Below, in pieces: positions 19,801 through 28,601 of a stretch of DNA of 64,000 nucleotides (positions within the stretch are counted from its first letter, which is position 1; each line of letters starts with the position of its first letter). Source of the DNA: Planctomycetota bacterium (GTDB lineage: Bacteria; Planctomycetota; UBA11346); assembly GCA_038213805.1 (NCBI GenBank), contig JBBQSO010000011.1:4205-68204 (forward strand), in the 5' to 3' direction. The notes beneath the pieces were generated by a model. The model ran no database searches. It saw only the letters and a list, made by a program, of their open reading frames with translations, and had not been told where the DNA came from. Position numbers and translations under genes: made by a program.

Positions 19801-21162
19801 CCATTCGACGCCGCAGGTGAAACCAAATCCGCCGCTGGTCGAGGTCAGCGCGTTGAGGCGGTTGCGCAGCAGCGACCAGGCGCGGCCGCCCTTGGCGAGG
19901 CGCTCGTTGTCGTGGGTCTCGCTGTAGTTGACCAGCACGCCGACGCGCTGCGCCTGGCGGTGCGCGTGGTCGAGGTAGGTCGCGACCTCGGGGCCGGCGT
20001 AGTTCTGGAACAGCTCGGAGTAGGCCCACTGCATGCCGCCGGCGGTGAGCAGCGCCTCGGTCGCCTCCCACGCTCCGCCCAGGCCCTCAAGCAGGAAGAT
20101 GGTGGCGGGGAATTCCTGGCGCACAGTGGCGGTGATGAACTGCCAGGCCGGCATCGGTACCATGTAACCAGCATCGCAGCGGAAGCCGTCGACGCCGCGC
20201 CGGCACCACACCAGGAAGACTTCGGCCAGTTCACGCCACAGCGCGGGCGCGCGGTGGTCGAGCTCGACGAGGTCCTCCCAGGTGGTGCCCCAGGCGCCGG
20301 GTGAATGGAAGCTGCCATCGGCGCTGCGCTGGAACCACTCCGGGTGCTCGTTCATCAGTGTCGAGCCCCACCCGGTGTGGTTGATCGCCAGGTCGATGAA
20401 CAGCTGCGCGCCGCGCACGTGGACCGCGTAGGACAGCTCGCGGAACTGGTCGACCGCGGTGGTGCGCTTGTCGAACACCACCAGCGCCGGGTCGATCGCG
20501 GTGAAATCCGTGGCCGCGTAGGGGCTGCCGAAGCGCCCGTAGCGCGCATAGGTGGTTGGCGTGGGGTTGACCGGCAGCAGATGGATGATGCGGCAGCCGA
20601 GGGTGTCGATGATGTGCGGCAGCTGTTGGGTGAGGTCGCGCAGCGTGCCCGAGGGCGGGATCGCCGACCAGCCGTGGCGGTCGAAGGCGGCGAGCTGGTC
20701 GTCGAGCAGGCCGTGGCGCGTGGCGCTCTGCCGGCGCGACTCGCCGAAGGCGCGCACGAAGGCGCAGTAGATGGTGTTGGCGGTGCGATGACTGTCGGGA
20801 TGCACCGACATGCCGACGTCGCCACCATCCGGCCAGTGCTGCTGCCCGCGCTCGTCGACCGCGTAGGCCTTTGCGCGGAAGAAGCCGACGTCGGCCAGGG
20901 GCAGCTCGATCGCCCAGCCGCCCGCGGCATCGCGCTGCAGGGGGATGTCATGCCACGAGGCCCCGGCGAAGGCCTGCCCGCTGCCGAGCGCCGCGACCAC
21001 TTCATCGCGCGCCGCCGCTGCCCGTCCCAAATCCGTGCGCAGCAGGGCCCGCCAGCCCGTTGGGATTGCACCCTCGGGCAGGGCCAGGGCGAAGCGCACC
21101 CGGTCGCCGATGAACCCAAGCAGGCGGTCGCCAGGAGCGGGGGTCATGATCGGCTGCGGCAT
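16843..21162 (-). CDS. Glycogen debranching enzyme: GH13 alpha-amylase-type domain fused to amylo-alpha-1,6-glucosidase (GH133)
   Basis: N-half: GSPYA, DLAINH, DGFRCDAG, LLEGLG, YSETHD; C-half: LLTNGIGG, TVIAGYPWFLDWGRD, TWMDT, AYHNGTAWTW, GCDAQAW. Confidence 0.88.
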   Translation of the reverse strand: MPQPIMTPAPGDRLLGFIGDRVRFALALPEGAIPTGWRALLRTDLGRAAAARDEVVAALGSGQAFAGASWHDIPLQRDAAGGWAIELPLADVGFFRAKAYAVDERGQQHWPDGGDVGMSVHPDSHRTANTIYCAFVRAFGESRRQSATRHGLLDDQLAAFDRHGWSAIPPSGTLRDLTQQLPHIIDTLGCRIIHLLPVNPTPTTYARYGRFGSPYAATDFTAIDPALVVFDKRTTAVDQFRELSYAVHVRGAQLFIDLAINHTGWGSTLMNEHPEWFQRSADGSFHSPGAWGTTWEDLVELDHRAPALWRELAEVFLVWCRRGVDGFRCDAGYMVPMPAWQFITATVRQEFPATIFLLEGLGGAWEATEALLTAGGMQWAYSELFQNYAGPEVATYLDHAHRQAQRVGVLVNYSETHDNERLAKGGRAWSLLRNRLNALTSTSGGFGFTCGVEWLAAEKVEVHQSRGLSWGAAENIVGELGDLTRLLAHHPCFFDGAKLTRISAADSPVYLLHRRSHEGLDELLIAANTDIAKPHAVTIPAETFAACGSPTLDLLTRSERTPETIPGAVLLRLAPGECLCLSPTREPRGLAGEDYRRVRAQAAWALTVISEVLSVEDIGAHDWRALAALAAAGPLGFIAAVAYLERGAARRDLLAALAAAGAVEDLPPVVPWSLKDLNRVTLIAPGHWLLVRDAAPFSATLAHGSGARPRHQRATLVGDAWVACFPPAGAGDARLLLERFATDGRQAHGAVRFLDRVPDPAPRHVEEGLALLTNGIGGMARLGVDFGTVHSKYDCLLGANLHPSAPSDRHVLAKRARLWVNADGFITALDRDNLAAFTPGPPARWTFIANAGDRRTVTIQVVADMLAGRNTTVLRLVRPDAKPAWGVELPAACEVRLIMRVDLEDRSFHAETQRSQGTELHFAGSTRALSERSGFVFASGDRRLVVTCDRGAFHDEAEWCQAIPHPVEGTRGQTPTGDAWSPGWFEIPLAKGESALLSACADRDEPDAATLAGFEHARVTALAAVQDASGIPAGDTFGRALAAASDAYVVRRDRLKTVIAGYPWFLDWGRDSLICARGLLAAGRVDEVRQLLITFGRFEQGGTLPNFLSGDDASNRDTSDAPLWYGVVCADAAALVGDGLYATAVDGSGRTIADVLRGIAAGYLAGTENGIRVDAASGLVWSPSHFTWMDTNHPAGTPRAGYPIEIQALWIRLLRQLETLRAPAAAEPWWALADRATHSLDRYWLEDRGWYADLLIAPAGVGADDAVVDNALRSNQLIPIALGLITGERARRCVAASARYLVVPGALRSLAPLPVTPHLAVHSADGRLLNNPAEPYWGTYEGDEDTRRKPAYHNGTAWTWTFPIHCEALARAWDFAPGATATARALLGSMDRLLAEGCIGQIPEIIDGDAPHIQRGCDAQAWGVTEALRVWKLLGGAGH

Positions 21163-21240
21163 GCGCGTGGCTCCTGGGGTGGGGGCTGGGCCCGCACCTC
21201 AGTTTGCACCCTTCGGGGGGGCTCGGCAAGGCTGCGGGGA

Positions 21241-22899
21241 TCAACCCCCTGATGGGGCTGGCGCCGGGGAGGGGACCGGGGCGACCGCGACCACGCCCTG
21301 ACGCCGGCCACCGGCGGCGGCGGCCGCGTCGAAGGCGTCCTTGAGGGCGAGGCGCAGGGCGGTGGCCACGGCCTCGTGGCGCCCGGGCTTGACGCGCACG
21401 GCCATGCGCGCGGTGAGCGCGGCGCCGCCCAGGGCGGCGATGCCCGTGACCTCCGGCTCGCCGGTGACGTCGGGGTTGGCGGCGCGCAGCGCGGTGCCGA
21501 CCTGCTGCATGGTGGCGAACACCGCGCGCACGTCCTGGTCATAGGCCACTTCGACCGCCACCACCGCCTTCACATAATCCTTGGAATAGTTGACCACCTG
21601 CTTGACGTCGCCGTTGCGCACGATGCAGAGACGGCCGTCCTCACTGCGGATGCGCGTGGTGCGGAACTCGATCGCCTCGACCGTGCCCGAGGCCCCGGCG
21701 GCGTCGACCACGTCGCCGACCATGTAGATGTTCTCGAAGAGGATGAAGAAGCCTGAGACCACGTCGGTGATCAGCGACTGGGTGCCGAAGCCGACCACCA
21801 CCCCCAGCACACCGGCACCCGCCAGGAAGGGCCCCGGGTTGAAGCCTAGCGCCGACAGGATCATCACGAACATGCCGAAGTAGCAGATGTACCCGAACAC
21901 GCTGCGCACCAGCGGCACGATGGTTGCTCGGCGGCGGCGCTCGTGTTCGCCCAGACCGGCCGCATGGAGCATGTTGCGGTCGATGAACAGGAAGCCGACC
22001 TCGATCAGCACGCGGCCCAGGAAGAGGATGCCGATCGCCTGGATGATGCGCGGTCCGTAGATCGCGAGGTCGGCGAACGGCGGCAGCTGCTTCAGCACCA
22101 GCGCGGCGATCGCGGTCCACAGCGCGTACTCCAGGCAGCGGCGCAGCAATGGGATGAGCGGGCGCAGGCGCTCGTAGTAGACCAGCCACTCGCGTCCCTG
22201 CGCGTAGTGCAGGCTGAGGCCGTCGAGGGTGGCGACGATCACCGCCGAGGCGCGGATGATCAGGACGCCGACCGCGATGATCAGGTAGATCCGCACCGCG
22301 ACCGCGAGCACGTCCCCGACCGCGGACGGCAGCGGCAGCAGGCGCGCGGCGAACACCACCACCAGCAGCCATGCCGTCGTAGCGATGACGCGATCGAGAC
22401 CGGTGAAGAACGCGGCCAGGCTGCGGTCGTTGTCGGCGAGCCGGTCCCAGCGGTTGCAGGCGGTCTGCAGGTGCGCGAGCAGACTGCGCAGCACGCGCGT
22501 CGCGATCGCAACGCCGACGGCGACGGCGACGATCTCGGCGACGGCGATGGCGAGCGCGCGCCAGGTCTCGGCGCTGACGTCGAGCAGCGCATCACGCGTC
22601 CACACCCAGGGGTGCTCCTCCTCCTGGAGCAGCCAGCCGTTCCACGCGCAGATCGCCAGGCACACCAGCAGGCCCCCCAGCCACGCCACCGCGCGCACCA
22701 GCCCGCGCAGGTGCAGGGCGGTAGCCGCGATGGTCGCGTTGCGGTGCCTGGCGATGCGGTTCAGCACCACGGCGACCAGCGCATAGCACGTGACGATCAC
22801 CACGATCGCCGCCAGGCACTCGCCACCGGCGACAGTGAAGAAGGCGGTGAGCGGTGCGGCGATCAGGTCGGGCGGGCCGCCATGCGGGGACGTGGGCAT
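21241..22899 (-). CDS. Mechanosensitive ion channel, MscS family
   Basis: Multiple TMs, then LAGAGVLGVVVGFGTQSLITDVVSGFFILFEN, GTVEAIEFRTTRIR, VAYDQD. Confidence 0.92.
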   Translation of the reverse strand: MPTSPHGGPPDLIAAPLTAFFTVAGGECLAAIVVIVTCYALVAVVLNRIARHRNATIAATALHLRGLVRAVAWLGGLLVCLAICAWNGWLLQEEEHPWVWTRDALLDVSAETWRALAIAVAEIVAVAVGVAIATRVLRSLLAHLQTACNRWDRLADNDRSLAAFFTGLDRVIATTAWLLVVVFAARLLPLPSAVGDVLAVAVRIYLIIAVGVLIIRASAVIVATLDGLSLHYAQGREWLVYYERLRPLIPLLRRCLEYALWTAIAALVLKQLPPFADLAIYGPRIIQAIGILFLGRVLIEVGFLFIDRNMLHAAGLGEHERRRRATIVPLVRSVFGYICYFGMFVMILSALGFNPGPFLAGAGVLGVVVGFGTQSLITDVVSGFFILFENIYMVGDVVDAAGASGTVEAIEFRTTRIRSEDGRLCIVRNGDVKQVVNYSKDYVKAVVAVEVAYDQDVRAVFATMQQVGTALRAANPDVTGEPEVTGIAALGGAALTARMAVRVKPGRHEAVATALRLALKDAFDAAAAAGGRRQGVVAVAPVPSPAPAPSGG

Positions 22900-23037
22900 G
22901 GGTGGCGGTTTAGCCAAGGCCGGAAGAGAGGCCAGCGGAATGGCGCAAAAGAGCCGGATAAATCTGCAACATATATTGGCTTGGTGTACGCGGATCCAGG
23001 CGTGAGAGCCGCCTGTTCTGGCCCATGGTCAACCGAC

Positions 23038-25446
23038 TCAGGCTTCCGGCAACCACAGCCTGAAGCACGCTCCGTCCGGACACGGCACGACCTCCAGGCG
23101 GCCGCCGAGCTGGCGCGCCAGGCGGCGGCTGAGCGCCAGTCCGAGGCCCACGCCGGGGGCGGTGCGCGCGGCCTCGTGCGCAGATTTGGCGAAGGGCGTG
23201 AACAGGCGGCGGGCGACGTCGGCGGGAATGCCCGGGCCATGGTCGCGCACGCAAAAGGCGATGCCGCCGCCTTCGGCGCTCACCGCCAGATGCAGGCGGC
23301 GGTCGGTGGCGGCAGGCGCGGCGTACTTGGCGGCGTTGTCGACAAGGTTGAAGAGGATGCGCTCGACCGCCGCCGGGTCGGCGCGCACGGCGCACTCCAG
23401 GGCATCGCCAGTGCGCTCCGTGACCAAGTCGAGCCCGACCTGGCGGGCGCGGTCGGCGAGGCGCGCGCAGGCGGTGCTCAGCAGATCTGCGACCACGACC
23501 GGATCTGCGGGGATGACCTGCGCGCGCTCCAGGCGCGCATAGGCGAGGACGTTCTCGACCAAGTGGGCGAGGCGATCGGCCTCGCTGCGCAGGGTGTCGA
23601 GGCAGCGCTGGCGCTCGGCTGGGTCCGGCACCATGCCGCCGCCCAGGAGGTCGGCGTAAAGGCGGCAGGTGGTGAGCGGGGTGCGCAGCTCGTGGGTGAC
23701 CGCCGAGACGAAGGCTCCGCGCCGCTCGGAAAGATCGAGAGCACCGAGCAGCAGCGTCGCCCCGGCCACAGTGGCAAGGCCGACGCAGACCCACGCCACC
23801 ACCAGCGTCAGAGTCAGCGCCGCGCGCGGGCTGTCGTGGTAATCGGGCAGACCATCGCCGGGCTCAAGCCGCACCGGCAGGGTGGCGAGGCGCTGCCGCC
23901 AGTCGTCGCCCTCGTTGGCGTCTGGCAGCAGTTGCGCGTCCGGCAGCAGGTCTTTGACGCTCTCGAGCAGCTGGGCGCGGATGCGCGGCCAGTCCAGCCA
24001 GCAGCCCTGGATATGCTCGGTGCCGTCGACGGTGACGCGGCGCGCGAGCAACAGCGTGTCGCCGAGCCACAGCGGGCGCATGATCTCGGCGCGCAGCGAG
24101 GTCGCTGGACCAGGCGACGGCTCGACTTCAGTCGGGACCGGTGGCGCGGCCGTGGCCGGCGCCGCGGCGACCGCGCGTGCGGCGTCTGCTGCCGGCACAG
24201 AGGCGGAAGAAGCGGATGGCGTGGTGCTGAGCACCAGCGTCGACTCGACATGCTGCTGCAGGGTCTGGCCGCCGGCCGGCGCGGCGGCGTTGGCCGCCTT
24301 ATTCTCGGGGGCCTCACGGTTGTCAGCGGCGTTGTAGTAGCTCTTGAGGCGCGCCTGCTGCTCCTTCGCGCTGCGCCCGCCTAACGAGCTCGTGCTTTCC
24401 GCCTGGACCTCGGGAGCCTGCTCATCCTTGAGGGACTGCTGCTCCTGCTGCTGCGTGAGGTCCTGCTGCTTCTGGTCCCGAAACCGGTTTGAGCGGTCGC
24501 CCTTCGACCCCTTGGTCGCGACCGGTGGCGCGGCGGTATCCGCCCGGTCCGCTGCGGTCACTGTCTTTCCGCCGACCCGATCGTCGACGCGCCTGGGCGG
24601 CGCCGGTGCCGCTGAAGCCTGTGCGCCTCCTGGCACCGTATCCTCGGCGGTCCCGGCCTTGCGCAGGCGTGCCTCGTCCGCGTCCGCGGCGGCTGGTGGC
24701 GTTGATGCCAGCGGCGCGGCTTGCGCTGGGGCCGGGGCCGGTTGCGTGGTCGATACGGGCGCCGGTGCGGCCGGGCTTGGCGCCGCGGCGCCGGGCAGGG
24801 CCACCGTGACCTTGGCCGGGGCGGTCCCAGGGGCGGCGGCGAAGCCAAATGCGCCATCATCCTTGCTCATGTCGACGCTGGCGCACATCGTCAGGCTGCG
24901 CTCCCGGGTGGCTTCGGCCAGGCCACTGGCGAGGTGGTCGAGCGCGCTCATCAGGCGCGGCCGGTCGACCAGCGCGCCGAGCTGGGCGAGGCGCGTTTCG
25001 GCCCGCAGGATGCCGGCGTGGTCGACGAAGCCCTGTTCGGCGAGCGCGCGCTGGTTGCCGACCGGCACCTGCGGTGAGCTCAGCGTGCCGCGCGGCGAGA
25101 CCTGAAAGTGCAGCAGCACCTCTGGCTGCTCAAGGCCAAGCAGCGGCGAGGGCAGCACCACGTCGCCGCGCCTGACCGGTGCGAACAGGCGGCTGTAGGC
25201 GCGTTCCGCGGGGGCGAAGGCGGAGTAGGCGCCGTACGGGCGCGCCGCCTCGCGCGCGATCAGCGGGGTGAGCAGCGAGTCCATGCGCCACAGCGCCAGG
25301 CGCGCACTCTCTTCGCGGAAGGCCTGGCGGCGGTCGGCGGCGGCGCTGCGTTCCAGCGCGCGCGCGGTGATGGTGACCCAGCTGACCGCGGCGATGATCA
25401 TCGCCACGCCCGCGGCGAAGCCGGCGAACCACCACGCCTTCCTCAT
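23038..25446 (-). CDS. Sensor histidine kinase with a large low-complexity extracytoplasmic region
   Basis: Two TMs; FVSAVTHELRTPL (H box), NLVDNAAKY, VRDHGPGI, GVGLGL. Confidence 0.92.
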   Translation of the reverse strand: MRKAWWFAGFAAGVAMIIAAVSWVTITARALERSAAADRRQAFREESARLALWRMDSLLTPLIAREAARPYGAYSAFAPAERAYSRLFAPVRRGDVVLPSPLLGLEQPEVLLHFQVSPRGTLSSPQVPVGNQRALAEQGFVDHAGILRAETRLAQLGALVDRPRLMSALDHLASGLAEATRERSLTMCASVDMSKDDGAFGFAAAPGTAPAKVTVALPGAAAPSPAAPAPVSTTQPAPAPAQAAPLASTPPAAADADEARLRKAGTAEDTVPGGAQASAAPAPPRRVDDRVGGKTVTAADRADTAAPPVATKGSKGDRSNRFRDQKQQDLTQQQEQQSLKDEQAPEVQAESTSSLGGRSAKEQQARLKSYYNAADNREAPENKAANAAAPAGGQTLQQHVESTLVLSTTPSASSASVPAADAARAVAAAPATAAPPVPTEVEPSPGPATSLRAEIMRPLWLGDTLLLARRVTVDGTEHIQGCWLDWPRIRAQLLESVKDLLPDAQLLPDANEGDDWRQRLATLPVRLEPGDGLPDYHDSPRAALTLTLVVAWVCVGLATVAGATLLLGALDLSERRGAFVSAVTHELRTPLTTCRLYADLLGGGMVPDPAERQRCLDTLRSEADRLAHLVENVLAYARLERAQVIPADPVVVADLLSTACARLADRARQVGLDLVTERTGDALECAVRADPAAVERILFNLVDNAAKYAAPAATDRRLHLAVSAEGGGIAFCVRDHGPGIPADVARRLFTPFAKSAHEAARTAPGVGLGLALSRRLARQLGGRLEVVPCPDGACFRLWLPEA

Positions 25447-25456
25447 GGCGATCCGC

Positions 25457-26164
25457 TCACGGCGCCGCCGAGGGCTGGGCGAGCATGTAGCCGGTGCCGC
25501 GCACGGTCAGCAGCACCTTGGGCTCCGCGGAATCGTCACGCAGCTTCTCGCGCAGGCGCGCCACCTGCATGTCGATGGCGCGCGTGCTCAGGCCCTGCGG
25601 ATCGAGGCGCCAGACGCGGGTGAGGATCTCGGCGCGCGAGATCGCCCGCCCGGGGTTGCGCGCCAGGTAGGCGAGGAGTTCGGCCTCGCGCTGCGACAGT
25701 TCGGCGCGGCCGCCATCGGCGTAGCGCACCTCGCGGCGCGCGAAATCGGCGGTCCCGGCCGGCAGGGCGAGGTCCGCGGCGCCGCTGGCGCGTTCGGGCG
25801 AGCGGCGCAGCACCGCGGTGACGCGCGCCAGCAGCTCGCCGACGCTGAACGGCTTGACCACGTAGTCGTCGGCGCCCAGGGTCAGGCCCTTGACGCGGTC
25901 GCGCTCGTCGCCGCGCGCGGTCAGCACGATCACCGGCAGGGTCGGGCGGTGGACGCGGATCGCGGCCAGGATGTCCAGCCCGTCGGCGCCCGGCAGCACC
26001 AGATCGAGCAACACCAGATCGCATTCCGCGCGCTCGGCCAGGCGGCTGGCGGTCGGGCCGTCGCCCGCCTCGAGCGTGGTGTGCCCGGCGAAGCGCAGCG
26101 CGGTGACCACGCCATGGCGGATGGCGGCGTCGTCCTCGATGACCAGGATGGTGCGGGCGGTCAT
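25457..26164 (-). CDS. OmpR/PhoB-family response regulator
   Basis: ILVIEDD, LLDLVLP, GADDYVVKPF, winged helix RAIDMQVARLREKL...TVRGTGY. Confidence 0.95.
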   Translation of the reverse strand: MTARTILVIEDDAAIRHGVVTALRFAGHTTLEAGDGPTASRLAERAECDLVLLDLVLPGADGLDILAAIRVHRPTLPVIVLTARGDERDRVKGLTLGADDYVVKPFSVGELLARVTAVLRRSPERASGAADLALPAGTADFARREVRYADGGRAELSQREAELLAYLARNPGRAISRAEILTRVWRLDPQGLSTRAIDMQVARLREKLRDDSAEPKVLLTVRGTGYMLAQPSAAP

Positions 26165-26171
26165 GGGGAAA

Positions 26172-26316
26172 CGTCCGGGGTCCGAGGTCCAATGTCCGGG
26201 ATCCGACGGCGGATGGTAACCCGCTCGCAGGCGTCGACCAGCGTCCTCCGTCCAAGGCGATCCGCCACCTCGTGCGTGGCTTCGGTCACAGGATTTCTGA
26301 CTGCGCACAACGGACA
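26172..26316. repeat. Degenerate inverted heptamer-arm element (NGTCCGN x5 ... reverse complement x5)
   Basis: Left arm CGTCCGG GGTCCGA GGTCCAA TGTCCGG GATCCGA (26172-26206); right arm read on the minus strand TGTCCGT TGTGCGC AGTCAGA AATCCTG TGACCGA (26282-26316). Confidence 0.6.
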
Positions 26317-26321
26317 TGCCG

Positions 26322-28499
26322 TCACCGCATCTCCATGATCAGCACCACCTCGCCATCGACCACCAGCGTGAGGTCGCCCGGCAGCGCCAGGCAGGCGTGC
26401 CGGTGCTCGCGCTGCAGGCGGGCGAGCAGCGCGGTGAATTCCGGGGTGCCGCGCAGGATGGTGCGGGTGGGCGCGGCGGCGCCGGCGCGTCCGTCGACCC
26501 AGCCGCCGGCGCGGCGGTAGAAGGCGAGGTCGCCGACCTGCTGGATGGCGTCGCAATCGACCACCTTGTCGGTGGCGGCGTCGTAGAGGCCGTTGCGGAC
26601 GTTGACGCAGGCCGCCTCGCGCATCGCTTTGGCGTTGACGCTCTGGCCCACCGACCCGGCGCTGGCGCGGTCCTCCAGGGCTTCCTTGCGGAACACCGGC
26701 GCGGCCGCGGCGCTGGCGGCCGGGGCGGCGAGCGGACCGCTCTCGCGGGCGAGGAATGCGGTGTAAGGGGTGAGGATGCCATAGCGCGTCGACAGACGCA
26801 CGACCTCGTCGCTGAGTTCCTTCAGGCTCTCGCCGCCATGGCCGCCGTCGGCGCCGAGCGCGCGGATGGCGTCGATCAGCACGGCGATGCGGCGGCTCGC
26901 CCATAGGCGCGGCACGAAGGCGTTGGCGGCGCTGGCCTTTGCGAGGGAGAACGTGAAGCGCAGCTGGCGCGGCGCACCGGCGTGCGTGCCGGAAAGGGTC
27001 AGCGTCAGCGGCGCGTTGCCGACGTAGCGGCCGAGCACCACCAGCTGGTCGCCGGCGAACAGATCGGGCAGCGGTCCGGGCAGGATGTCGCTGATCCGGC
27101 CGCTGACCGGGCCGCCTTGGGCATCGGTGGCGATCAGCTGCGGGCTGGTCAGGTCCGGCACGCCCAGTCTGCCAAATACCGTCGCCGCTGCGATCTCGAC
27201 GTCGCTGCCGCTCGGTGCATAGGTGGGCACGGCGCGGCTGGCCAGCGCCAGGGCGTCGAGCAGCGGCGCGTTGACGTCGCCGCCCACGCCCAGGGTGAAG
27301 ATGCGGCGATGGCTGGCATCGCCGCTGACCAGCGCGCGGATGGCGCGCTCGCTGGTCTGACCGATGGTCGGGCGGCCGTCGGTCAGGAACAGCACCAGCG
27401 GCAGCGTCCCGGGCAGCGGCGCCGGCAGGAGCGCAGCCTCCAGCGCAGCGTGGATGTTGGTGCCGCCCTGCGCCAGCAGGCTGGCGATCCAGGCGCGCGC
27501 GGCGCGTTCGCTGTCAGGGCTCTTGGCCACCGGTGCAGGCGCGAACAGGTCGACGCCCTCGTTGTAGGCGATCAGGTTGAAACGGTCGCCGCTGCCCAGG
27601 CCGGCGACGATCTGGTTGGCGGCGGCACGCACCTGGGCGATCTTCTCGCCATTCATGCTGCCCGAGCGGTCGATGACCAGGGTCAGCTCGCGCGGCATCG
27701 GCGCGCCGCCGGCGCTGCGCGGGATGCCGGCGAGGAGCAGGAAGGTGCCGCGGTCCGGCGCCTCGGGACCGTCCGGGCAGGCGAGCAGCGAGGCGGTGAC
27801 CTGGTCGCCGCCAAGCAGGTAGCTGAAGCGGAAGCTGCCCGGCGCCGTGGTCGCGATGGTGAAGGTGCGCGTGTTGGGCAGGGAATAGGGGGCCGCCGTC
27901 AAGGCATGGCTCGGTGACCACACCGTGGCGATCGGCGCGCTGGCGCGCAGCACGCCGTGGATGGTCCATGGCACGCAGTAGCCGAGCGCCTCGCTGCGCG
28001 GCAGCACATAGTCGATGCGGTGGCCGTCCGCCGCCAGCACCTGCTCAAGGTCGAGGCTGACGCGCTGGCGCCCATGCGCGGCCACCGGGAAGATGCTGGA
28101 GCGCACCAGCGCGGTGCCGGCGAACTCGAGCAGCGCCGGATCGCGCAGCCGCGCGACGATGCCGGCGTAGATGCCGTCCGCCTCGGCCACCGGCAGGACC
28201 TCGGCGCTGCCCAGGCCGGCGGCGGCGAAGCCGCGCACCAGCGCGCCCTCGGGCACCGGCAGCAGCAGGCGCGCCTCCTGCGGCTGGTCGGCGTCGTTGA
28301 CCAGGTCGATGACCAGCCGCGTGGTCGCGACCTGTTCCTCGACGGTGATGTCGGCGGCCACCGCGCTGACCCGCACCGCCTGCCCGGCGAACGGCCGCGC
28401 CCCCGGGATGACGGGCTGCCACTCCACCGCCGCCGCGTGCAGCGTCGCGGTGGCCAGGCAGCACAGAACGGCGAGGGCGGTCAGGCGGAAGATGGGCAT
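26322..28499 (-). CDS. Secreted VIT + vWA domain protein
   Basis: Signal peptide; VIT-like LRDPALLEF; MIDAS VIDRSGSM, GGTNI, FLTDGRPT; FVPRLWASRRI, YGILTPYTAFL. Confidence 0.9.
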   Translation of the reverse strand: MPIFRLTALAVLCCLATATLHAAAVEWQPVIPGARPFAGQAVRVSAVAADITVEEQVATTRLVIDLVNDADQPQEARLLLPVPEGALVRGFAAAGLGSAEVLPVAEADGIYAGIVARLRDPALLEFAGTALVRSSIFPVAAHGRQRVSLDLEQVLAADGHRIDYVLPRSEALGYCVPWTIHGVLRASAPIATVWSPSHALTAAPYSLPNTRTFTIATTAPGSFRFSYLLGGDQVTASLLACPDGPEAPDRGTFLLLAGIPRSAGGAPMPRELTLVIDRSGSMNGEKIAQVRAAANQIVAGLGSGDRFNLIAYNEGVDLFAPAPVAKSPDSERAARAWIASLLAQGGTNIHAALEAALLPAPLPGTLPLVLFLTDGRPTIGQTSERAIRALVSGDASHRRIFTLGVGGDVNAPLLDALALASRAVPTYAPSGSDVEIAAATVFGRLGVPDLTSPQLIATDAQGGPVSGRISDILPGPLPDLFAGDQLVVLGRYVGNAPLTLTLSGTHAGAPRQLRFTFSLAKASAANAFVPRLWASRRIAVLIDAIRALGADGGHGGESLKELSDEVVRLSTRYGILTPYTAFLARESGPLAAPAASAAAAPVFRKEALEDRASAGSVGQSVNAKAMREAACVNVRNGLYDAATDKVVDCDAIQQVGDLAFYRRAGGWVDGRAGAAAPTRTILRGTPEFTALLARLQREHRHACLALPGDLTLVVDGEVVLIMEMR

Positions 28500-28547
28500 G
28501 GCGGCCTCCGAGTATGCCTGAAGGTGCCATGCGCGGCCAGCGGCTGT

Positions 28548-28563
28548 GTAACGCCTCGGTAAC
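28548..28563 (-). promoter_or_regulatory. GTTAC-N6-GTTAC direct repeat (OmpR-family box candidate)
   Basis: GTAAC at 28548-28552 and 28559-28563 (11-bp period), about 50 nt upstream of the VIT/vWA start. Confidence 0.55.
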
Positions 28564-28601
28564 TCCTGCGCCGGCCTGCCGGCCAGGGCGGTGCGCCGGT
28601 G

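Noticed and set aside
22930-22990. Sigma54 promoter upstream of the MscS gene
   Set aside because: GG-GC spacing does not fit -24/-12; it is only an AT-rich patch
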